DNA of 64,000 nucleotides from an uncultured Bacilli bacterium (lineage in GTDB: Bacteria > Bacillota_I > Bacilli_A > RF39 > UBA660): positions 36,479-100,478 of the forward strand of contig CAKORR010000003.1 in the NCBI GenBank assembly GCA_934101595.1, in the 5' to 3' direction. The notes below the pieces were generated by a model that was given only the letters and a program-made list of their open reading frames with translations, did no database searches and was not told the DNA's origin. Position numbers and translations under genes: made by a program. Below, piece by piece: positions 57,117 through 64,000 of the stretch. Numbering within the stretch: position 1 is the first letter of the stretch; each line of letters starts with the position of its first letter.

Positions 57117-58192
57117 CTAAACCACCCCTTTATTTTTTGCCAAAGGCTTTTTTTACCATTCTTTTTTTCTTTTGTGGCAAATATTTTTTCTTTATATAAT
57201 AATGTATCACCTAAATATATATCTGCACTACCAATATAAGTATCTTTAGTAATTTTAACATCATTTAAAATATTGTATTTAACACTTATTTTTTTTTCAT
57301 CACCGTTTTTTATTAAAGCGTAGTAGTCATTTTTCACATATGTTTTTACGTTTTTTTTGTTGTATTTTGTTAATATTTTAAAATTATTTTTGTCAATTAC
57401 CAAGACGGCATGATACATTTTAAAATACTTTTCACATAAATCTTTATGATCTTTAAAGTCATTCGGATCATTTAAAGTTACTATTACTAGGTTCATATTG
57501 TCTTTTTTGGCCGTTGTGACTAAAGTACGACGCGCCTTTTTAGTATAACCTGTCTTACCACCAGTAATATATGGATAACTATGCAAAAGCTTATTTTTAT
57601 TTGTCCAGACATACGTTTTAAAATTGGTTTTTACTGTATACTTTTTGGTTGATACTATTTCTCTAAATATATCTAATTTCATTGCTTCTCTCATTAAAAT
57701 TGCCATATCATACGCTGTTGACATATTGCCATCTCCATTTTCATCTTCTAGGCCATGATTATTTAAAAAAATAGTGTTTTTCATACCGATATTTGTAGCT
57801 TCTTTATTCATCAATTTAACAAATTCATCCATATTTTTTGAAATATTATTTGCAATTATTATCGCAGCATCATTTCCGCTTCTCAGCATGAGTCCATATA
57901 ATAAATCTATTAATTTAAGCTTTTCACCTACTTCTATATATATTGCCGATCCGTAGGCTTTTAAAACTTCCTTATCTACCACTACTACTTTATTAATATC
58001 ACCATACTTGATAGCTACATAAGCAGTCATGATTTTTGTAGTACTAGCAATAAGTTTTCTTTCACTAATATTTTGCGAAAATAGTATTTGGTCACTATTT
58101 AAATCCATAACGATTGCCGAAGAGGCACTAATAGCAAGCGTTTTCAAAGGTAATGCAAAAATAATTAAACCTAAAAATATAACTTTTTTCAT
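57113..58192 (-). CDS. dacB: D-alanyl-D-alanine carboxypeptidase (sporulation-specific PBP5*)
   Basis: Signal peptide, ...IASTTKIMTAYVA... (SxxK), SGN, KTG; dacB-spmA-spmB order. Confidence 0.8.
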   Translation of the reverse strand: MKKVIFLGLIIFALPLKTLAISASSAIVMDLNSDQILFSQNISERKLIASTTKIMTAYVAIKYGDINKVVVVDKEVLKAYGSAIYIEVGEKLKLIDLLYGLMLRSGNDAAIIIANNISKNMDEFVKLMNKEATNIGMKNTIFLNNHGLEDENGDGNMSTAYDMAILMREAMKLDIFREIVSTKKYTVKTNFKTYVWTNKNKLLHSYPYITGGKTGYTKKARRTLVTTAKKDNMNLVIVTLNDPNDFKDHKDLCEKYFKMYHAVLVIDKNNFKILTKYNKKNVKTYVKNDYYALIKNGDEKKISVKYNILNDVKITKDTYIGSADIYLGDTLLYKEKIFATKEKKNGKKSLWQKIKGWFS

Positions 58193-58213
58193 AATTCACC
58201 TATTAATTAATAT

Positions 58214-58241
58214 GAAAAAAAGGACTATTATAGTCCTTTTT
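58214..58241 (-). terminator. rho-independent terminator after 317-aa hypothetical gene
   Basis: AAAGGACT-ATAAT-AGTCCTTT followed by T6 on the minus strand. Confidence 0.55.
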
Positions 58242-59194
58242 TATCTGGGTGATCTAGATGATCTGCAAACTTCTGGAAAAGCTACGCTAATAATAGTCTT
58301 TATATCACCATATGATTGATTAAATGTCCTAGCGGTTTCTTCCAATGCCTCATCAACAGTTTTTCCCTGTTCAAGCAAAACTAAATAATAAGCATATATA
58401 TCATTATAATTTACCGAAAGATTAGTTTCATTTGGATCAAAAACAATTAATTCATCAACAGGAAGCTTATTAACATCCATATTTTTAATAAAATATTTAA
58501 CATGAGTTACATGGGTTTTCAAGTAATCAAGTAAATCCTTTATATAATTTGAATTGTTTTTTAATTCTACTCTCATTAAATACTTACAAGTTTTAACAAC
58601 CTCCGCAATATTTCCTCCACAAACTTTTGCATATTTAGCAAACGTTTGATAAATTTCAAATATTTCTGGGTCCTCAAGATATTCCGTTGCTGTTTTTTTA
58701 CTATATTTTTTAGTTGGAACATCACTTGTTAATAATTCTGCGGTTATTAAAGCTTGATTGTTTTGGGCAAATTCAAGCATTTCAAGTTTTGATCTAGTTT
58801 TTTCCATTAAATTCCTTATAAAATAGTGAACAGATAGTTCATCATATCCAGGCCAGGTCTTTTTTATAAAACTAATTAAAGAAGCTCCATATTTGTGATA
58901 TGCTTCATAAGCTTCCATAGAAATAGGTACACTACCATATTTAATAGAATTATCAAATTTCATAAGGCTTCTTTTTAACCAAAGCATTGTAGTATGATAA
59001 AACCTCCAACGTAATTGTCGATCTTCTAGCCCATTATTTAACACATCCATAAGTGTCTTATAGTAAGCTGGATGTGCTTCCGCTAGTGAAGAAACAGACC
59101 TATCAATTACCTCTTTGGGAACATTTGGAAAAAAACTATATAAATCTATTTTATCATTTGGCATGTTTAATAAATCCTTTCTAATATAATTCAC
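58241..59194 (-). CDS. hypothetical cytoplasmic alpha-helical protein
   Basis: 317 aa, no recognised motif. Overlaps upstream gene. Confidence 0.35.
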   Translation of the reverse strand: MNYIRKDLLNMPNDKIDLYSFFPNVPKEVIDRSVSSLAEAHPAYYKTLMDVLNNGLEDRQLRWRFYHTTMLWLKRSLMKFDNSIKYGSVPISMEAYEAYHKYGASLISFIKKTWPGYDELSVHYFIRNLMEKTRSKLEMLEFAQNNQALITAELLTSDVPTKKYSKKTATEYLEDPEIFEIYQTFAKYAKVCGGNIAEVVKTCKYLMRVELKNNSNYIKDLLDYLKTHVTHVKYFIKNMDVNKLPVDELIVFDPNETNLSVNYNDIYAYYLVLLEQGKTVDEALEETARTFNQSYGDIKTIISVAFPEVCRSSRSPR

Positions 59195-60281
59195 ATTTAT
59201 AGCCTATTTTGCTATAAAAGCTTTTAATACTTTCTATATCTTTTTTTGGCAAATAACTAATGCCATTTATATCTAAAATAACCATTAAAGTTATTCTATT
59301 ATCATCATAATAAGCTTTTCCTGTAATATTATTTATAGTTAAGTTACCACTATCATCTATTTCAGCAATTTTATTTTTATAATCCTCTTGGCTATTAAAC
59401 TCAAATATGTAATAATTAATTATATTTGTTGCAACGTTATTGGCAATAATATAATTATCAATCGAAATAAACGTTCCATTAAAAGAATCGGCTTTCAAAT
59501 CTTTAGCAACACAACTATAAACATTACTTGCTTCACTAGAGATAAAAACACTGCTAAAAGATTTGCTTACATTTTTTTTATCATCTCTTGCTTTGATGTA
59601 AGCATCAAATATTCCAGTATCGTTATTCACGATTTGTTCTTTCAACTGATCAAAGTTTTCTAATTCTAAATGACACTTTGTATCATCTGAGCATTCAATA
59701 ACAAAATCATTAACACTCAAATCACTATTTTTATTCTTAACTACGGGATGAGTTAATATTACTGGTGCTACAGTGTCAACTACCGTTATTTTACCACTAT
59801 ATTTATTTACACCACAAGATATCACAAATTCATATTTTCCTATCTTTGAAGTGTCAACATTTTTGGTATTTAGTATGCAGTTCGCTGGATTTACCTTTTT
59901 AAATGTGGCATAATCATCTAGTTTTAAAGATAATTTTTCATTTATGCCTATAGTTACATCTTTAGTCTTTACAGCATTTTCAGCAATTGTTCTAGTTTTA
60001 GACAAATAAAAATGAATTCCAAACCCAATTAAAGCAATTACTATAAAAACAATTAGAATAAACAATAGTCTTTTTAACTTGCGTTTTTCCTTGTCTGGAT
60101 CTTCAGTGGCCCCAGGAGGAACTTTTCCAATGTTAAAATATTCATTCTTTTTATTAAATACACTACTATCACTAGCTACCACATTACTAGTTGATTTATT
60201 TGTATAATTAATATTTTCTTGGCCAAATCTAGTTATATCATTATTTTGCAAATCTGTTGGCTTAACATTATCATCATTCAT
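59181..60281 (-). CDS. hypothetical bitopic membrane protein with large extracytoplasmic domain
   Basis: About 70-aa cytoplasmic N-terminus, TM (LLFILIVFIVIALIGFGI), about 270-aa external domain. Confidence 0.35.
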   Translation of the reverse strand: MNDDNVKPTDLQNNDITRFGQENINYTNKSTSNVVASDSSVFNKKNEYFNIGKVPPGATEDPDKEKRKLKRLLFILIVFIVIALIGFGIHFYLSKTRTIAENAVKTKDVTIGINEKLSLKLDDYATFKKVNPANCILNTKNVDTSKIGKYEFVISCGVNKYSGKITVVDTVAPVILTHPVVKNKNSDLSVNDFVIECSDDTKCHLELENFDQLKEQIVNNDTGIFDAYIKARDDKKNVSKSFSSVFISSEASNVYSCVAKDLKADSFNGTFISIDNYIIANNVATNIINYYIFEFNSQEDYKNKIAEIDDSGNLTINNITGKAYYDDNRITLMVILDINGISYLPKKDIESIKSFYSKIGYKCELY

Positions 60282-60344
60282 ATGGTCCTCCTTATTATAA
60301 TTATAATAGAATGGTTAACTAAAAATCAATATATAAAAAGAAAT

Positions 60345-60674
60345 CTACTTATTTTTAGACTTCTTCTTTGCAACCTTTTTACTACTTTTTTTAGTATTTT
60401 TTGTTTTCTTTTTAGTTTTTCGAGGTATATTATTAGTTCTCTTACTATTATTAGGGCCTTTGGGTGATGATTTCTTTGAAGTACCACCTTTTTTCTTGCT
60501 TACTTTTTTCTTTTTCGCATCAGGCATTTTCATTTCATTAACTTTAATATTTTCTTCTTTTTTATCTTTGATATACTTGTTAGCAACATAAAATAATATT
60601 GTAAAAAAAGCTATTAAATAACATGAAATTAATATTATAAAAAGTATATCGATTGGATCAAAATGCCTTATCAT
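60345..60674 (-). CDS. small membrane-anchored protein with highly basic Lys-rich tail
   Basis: 109 aa, N-terminal TM then KKKxSKK repeats. Confidence 0.3.
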   Translation of the reverse strand: MIRHFDPIDILFIILISCYLIAFFTILFYVANKYIKDKKEENIKVNEMKMPDAKKKKVSKKKGGTSKKSSPKGPNNSKRTNNIPRKTKKKTKNTKKSSKKVAKKKSKNK

Positions 60675-60683
60675 AACGTCCTC

Positions 60684-61313
60684 CTATATTTTATTATAAG
60701 AAACCACATATATCATATTATCGTCTTTAATAACGGTTACCTTTCCTTCTGTATCGTATCCTAAATCTTTCTTATAACTCCATTTCAAGTTAATATCATA
60801 AGCCAAATACTCTTTACTGTCAATTGTAACTGTTGTATTTTGTAGCGAAGTAATACTAATATCTTTTACTTCTGGTAATTCTTGCTTTCTTTTATCATTT
60901 TTAGTTTCTATATAACTATATAATGTATCACTCATGATATTTTTAAACTTTTCTTTTTCACTATCAAGAACAAAATCGACGCCACCTATATCATATTTAT
61001 TAATCTTATTGTCCAAAGTAAACACATCAACAATAAATATTTTAGAAAGAAGTTTAGCATATTCTTCGTAATTAACATCCTTACTTTTTAAAAGCTTTTC
61101 AAGCTCTTTAAAAATAGTTTTTTTAAGTTCAGTGTCATTTTCTTTAAGTTCATAAGAAAACCCATCTATAACATCTAACACCTTTATTTTAGAAGGTTCA
61201 TCTTTAGATTTTTTTAATATGAACATACCTCCAGCAACTAATAATATTAAAACAATTATAAAAATTATAACAAGAGGGAATTTAAATTTATTTTTCATTA
61301 CTTTCTTCCTCAC
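60684..61313 (-). CDS. hypothetical membrane-anchored extracytoplasmic protein
   Basis: 209 aa, N-terminal TM. Overlaps ltaS-like start. Confidence 0.35.
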   Translation of the reverse strand: MRKKVMKNKFKFPLVIIFIIVLILLVAGGMFILKKSKDEPSKIKVLDVIDGFSYELKENDTELKKTIFKELEKLLKSKDVNYEEYAKLLSKIFIVDVFTLDNKINKYDIGGVDFVLDSEKEKFKNIMSDTLYSYIETKNDKRKQELPEVKDISITSLQNTTVTIDSKEYLAYDINLKWSYKKDLGYDTEGKVTVIKDDNMIYVVSYNKI

Positions 61314-63324
61314 TATTAATCTTATTTAAATTTTCTTGACTAAGCAAATTATATACAACTATTGAGTTGGAAACACTTAGTTTATCATCAACAAGCTGTA
61401 AATGTTTAGTAATATAATCCTCAGGTATAACTGCACCAGTTTTAATGATTTTATATTCTTCAGTAGAATTATTATAATACATCTCATTAGTCAAGAAATT
61501 TCCGTTAGGGAACACTACCGTGTTATTTGATTTTATTGTAAAAATATCATTGCCTAATGCATATTTATTTTCAATTCCTAACATATTTCCAAGAGTTGGC
61601 ATTACGTCATACATTCCCATAACATCATTAACAACTTTTGGCAATTTACTTTGAACTTTTTTATTTTTTGACCAAATTATTAAAGGAGTTTTTTTATTTA
61701 ATTCATGATCAAATGAATCGTATAATCTATACCCTTCATCGCCTTCTTCCTTAAGCTTACCAGTCTTTGGATCATAATTATACAAATAATTAATATTAGC
61801 TTGAGATAGTTTTGCTTCATGATCACCATAAAATACAAAAACAGTATTATTAAATGAATCTGATTCGTTTATATAATTTATAAATTCTCCTAGAGCCACA
61901 TCAGCATAATGTACGCTATGGAAATAATTTCCAACAGCTTTTTTTTCTAAATAATCAACTTTTTCAATTGTCTTTTTGTGAGTAACTGGATCTATGTTTT
62001 CTACTTCAACCGAAAGATCATAATCACCATATTTATCTAAAAAAGTAAATGGTGAGTGATTTGATAAAGTAATTACAGTACCCATGTAATTAGTATTACT
62101 TTTTTCGATATTTTCTAAGATTGGCATTGCCTCTTTAAAAAACAACTTATCGTTTATTCCCAAATTAATAACATCATCTTCGCCAAAAGTAAACGATTCT
62201 TTAAAATACATATCTTGATATCCTAAACTCTTATGAGCTTTATTTCTATTCCACATAGTAGCCGCATTACCATGCATACTAAAAGTATAATAGCCTTTTT
62301 CTTGTAATAATTTAGGTATAGTAATATAATCTCTATCAAAATAACTTACAAATATAGTTCCACTAGCCGCAGGCATTAAACTGGATAATAAGGTAAACTC
62401 AGTATCACTTGATGTACCTGTTGATATTTGTGGATAAAAATTATTAAATAGCAAGCCTTCTTTGGCTAGTTTATTCAAATTTGGTGTTAACTCTTTACCA
62501 TTAAATTGTTCATTCATAACAAAAGATTGCATGCTTTCCATATGAACAAATATAACATTCATGCCTTCTAAAACGTTTGTATATTTATTATTACTCTTTT
62601 GATAAGGATATTTTTTATAATAATCTTTAAATACTTTAACTGCATCTTCATATCCAAATAGACTTCCAAGCTTTGGAGTTAGAGTTTGAAATAAGTCATT
62701 TCCCTGATATAATATGATTCCAAATCTTTCAACTACAGAAGAACGATTCCATTGCTTAGCAATACTTGCATAATCAGCTTCAGTAGCAAAAACAAATCTG
62801 ATAGCAATAAATGCTGAACCAACTAATAATGTTTTTAAAAAAGAAGACGCTCCTTTTTCAATTTTGGCAATATAATTATAATAAGGTGAATCTTTTAAGT
62901 TTTTATGTACTAAAGAAAAAATAATAGGCATCAACACAAATAATAGATCATGCCATTTAATCTTTTCAAAAACGGAATTAGTAACCGTTTCAACTTGCGA
63001 TAAACTTGCAATTTCACCAGCCGAAGCAAATGTATTATAAAATGTATAATAAATAGAGTTTATTGTAAATAAAGCCGCAAAAAAGCACACCAATGTCATA
63101 AAATAACGATATTGATTTTTAGGTTTTATTAAATATCCAAAAGAACCAATGATTAATACAAGACCAAATTCAACTACAACTGACCTGATACCTAAACCAT
63201 GACCAATTGTAAATGATTTAACTAAAATACAACCTAAAAAAGTAATTATCACATAAGATAAAAACAATCTATTAGTCAAAAAATATGAATAAACTTTTTT
63301 ATATAAAGATTTTATTTTTTTCAT
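61288..63324 (-). CDS. ltaS: LTA synthase family protein (sulfatase-like, LtaS/YflE-type)
   Basis: 5 N-terminal TM helices, extracellular sulfatase-like domain (...FVHMESMQSF..., ...NHSPF..., ...FVFYGDHE...). Confidence 0.7.
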   Translation of the reverse strand: MKKIKSLYKKVYSYFLTNRLFLSYVIITFLGCILVKSFTIGHGLGIRSVVVEFGLVLIIGSFGYLIKPKNQYRYFMTLVCFFAALFTINSIYYTFYNTFASAGEIASLSQVETVTNSVFEKIKWHDLLFVLMPIIFSLVHKNLKDSPYYNYIAKIEKGASSFLKTLLVGSAFIAIRFVFATEADYASIAKQWNRSSVVERFGIILYQGNDLFQTLTPKLGSLFGYEDAVKVFKDYYKKYPYQKSNNKYTNVLEGMNVIFVHMESMQSFVMNEQFNGKELTPNLNKLAKEGLLFNNFYPQISTGTSSDTEFTLLSSLMPAASGTIFVSYFDRDYITIPKLLQEKGYYTFSMHGNAATMWNRNKAHKSLGYQDMYFKESFTFGEDDVINLGINDKLFFKEAMPILENIEKSNTNYMGTVITLSNHSPFTFLDKYGDYDLSVEVENIDPVTHKKTIEKVDYLEKKAVGNYFHSVHYADVALGEFINYINESDSFNNTVFVFYGDHEAKLSQANINYLYNYDPKTGKLKEEGDEGYRLYDSFDHELNKKTPLIIWSKNKKVQSKLPKVVNDVMGMYDVMPTLGNMLGIENKYALGNDIFTIKSNNTVVFPNGNFLTNEMYYNNSTEEYKIIKTGAVIPEDYITKHLQLVDDKLSVSNSIVVYNLLSQENLNKINSEEESNEK

Positions 63325-63371
63325 TATTACCCTTCTTCTCTTATTATTTTAACACTTTTTTTAAAATAAAT

Positions 63372-63566
63372 CTACTTTAAGGGAAACGTCGCATAAAAAA
63401 TTAAAAATGCTACAAGGAGTGCTATAAAAAAGTACAACGTTTTAAATACTTTTTTTACCACAATTCTAAATTTTCCCTTTAAATGATTGTCTAAAAAATT
63501 ATTAACGGGCTCATAAAGAGTAGCACCAAGCCCCTCTTCATAAATTTGTCTTATATAACTTTTCAT
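63372..63566 (-). CDS. possible small membrane protein
   Basis: 64 aa with C-terminal TM. 4-nt overlap with upstream gene suggests coupling. Confidence 0.25.
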   Translation of the reverse strand: MKSYIRQIYEEGLGATLYEPVNNFLDNHLKGKFRIVVKKVFKTLYFFIALLVAFLIFYATFPLK

Positions 63567-64000
63567 CTTGCACCTTTTGAAGTATCAACTTCATCTATTG
63601 TAACTTTACTAGTGTGTGGAATTGGCTTCCATGTTACATTAACAAACATTGCCGCATACATTGTGTACCTTCCAATAATATCAAATGTTGGCCAAGTTAA
63701 AGTATATAAAACTTTCTTCAAAAAGCTAATCTTTTTAATACGCTTTTTTTCTACAATAAATATATATATAGCATTCCAGGTATTCACTAAGTATATACCT
63801 ATTCTATATAATATGCGAAGCCAAATAGCCAATAAAGCACTTATAAACATTGCCTTATAAGATGGAGGAATGTTTACATATTTTATACCAAATAACTTAG
63901 TTAACAATTTGCTAAGCCAGGTTCCTCCGGCAAAAAGTGAAAGATTGTTGATTCCATTTGTATAGCAAAAGCAAGAATATAAAATAACTGAAACTATTAA
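63563..64000 (-). CDS. membrane protein, C-terminal part (gene continues beyond window end); possibly a glycosyltransferase C-terminus
   Basis: Frame stays open upstream of the track's TTG through the window edge (...YTNGINNLSLFAGGTWLSKLLTKLFG...). Hydrophobic segments present. Confidence 0.3.
   Translation of the reverse strand, partial: LIVSVILYSCFCYTNGINNLSLFAGGTWLSKLLTKLFGIKYVNIPPSYKAMFISALLAIWLRILYRIGIYLVNTWNAIYIFIVEKKRIKKISFLKKVLYTLTWPTFDIIGRYTMYAAMFVNVTWKPIPHTSKVTIDEVDTSKGAR

Overview
This is a 64-kb chromosomal segment from a very AT-rich endospore-forming Firmicute (rough eyeball estimate under 30% GC). Nearly every gene can be read against Bacillus subtilis synteny blocks. Housekeeping blocks are rimP-nusA-ylxR-infB, ylbL/ylbJ, uppS, galE, miaB, ftsK/spoIIIE, rodZ-pgsA-recA, gpsB-rnpB, recU-ponA, dnaD-nth-cca and rluB. 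Sporulation genes are spoVID-ysxE, cotJ(A/B fusion)-cotJC, yutH-like, yutD, yunB-like and dacB-spmA-spmB. RNA genes are RNase P RNA (type B), a Ser-fMet-Asp-Phe tRNA operon, tRNA-Arg/Pro and tRNA-Leu(UAA). Several accessory modules sit between these blocks. (1) A pilin-only type IV prepilin operon of four genes, including a 534-aa minor pilin that lacks Glu5, with no assembly ATPase, platform or peptidase in the window. (2) A triplet of secreted paralogs whose N-terminal domain resembles TasA/camelysin (SipW-cognate-like), two of them fused to BspA-type leucine-rich repeats, with no sipW/tapA nearby; this is the most system-like novelty candidate. (3) A type VIIb-secretion effector island with a WXG100 protein, an EsxB-like protein, a DUF4176-like protein, a helical adaptor candidate, a 1317-aa polymorphic toxin carrying a C-terminal HESLH zincin motif, and an immunity candidate, with no EssC locally. 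(4) An orphan MvaI/BcnI-like PD-(D/E)XK restriction endonuclease beside tRNA genes with no methyltransferase. (5) A ydjGHI-like cluster of SPFH and zinc-ribbon proteins. (6) A ClpC-like ATPase with a degenerate second AAA domain. Smaller observations: spmA appears to start on a non-AUG codon, rimP is truncated, cotJA and cotJB are fused, and there is a Cheo-like dyad at the recA promoter. All calls are from reading the sequence and ORF translations; no database search was run.
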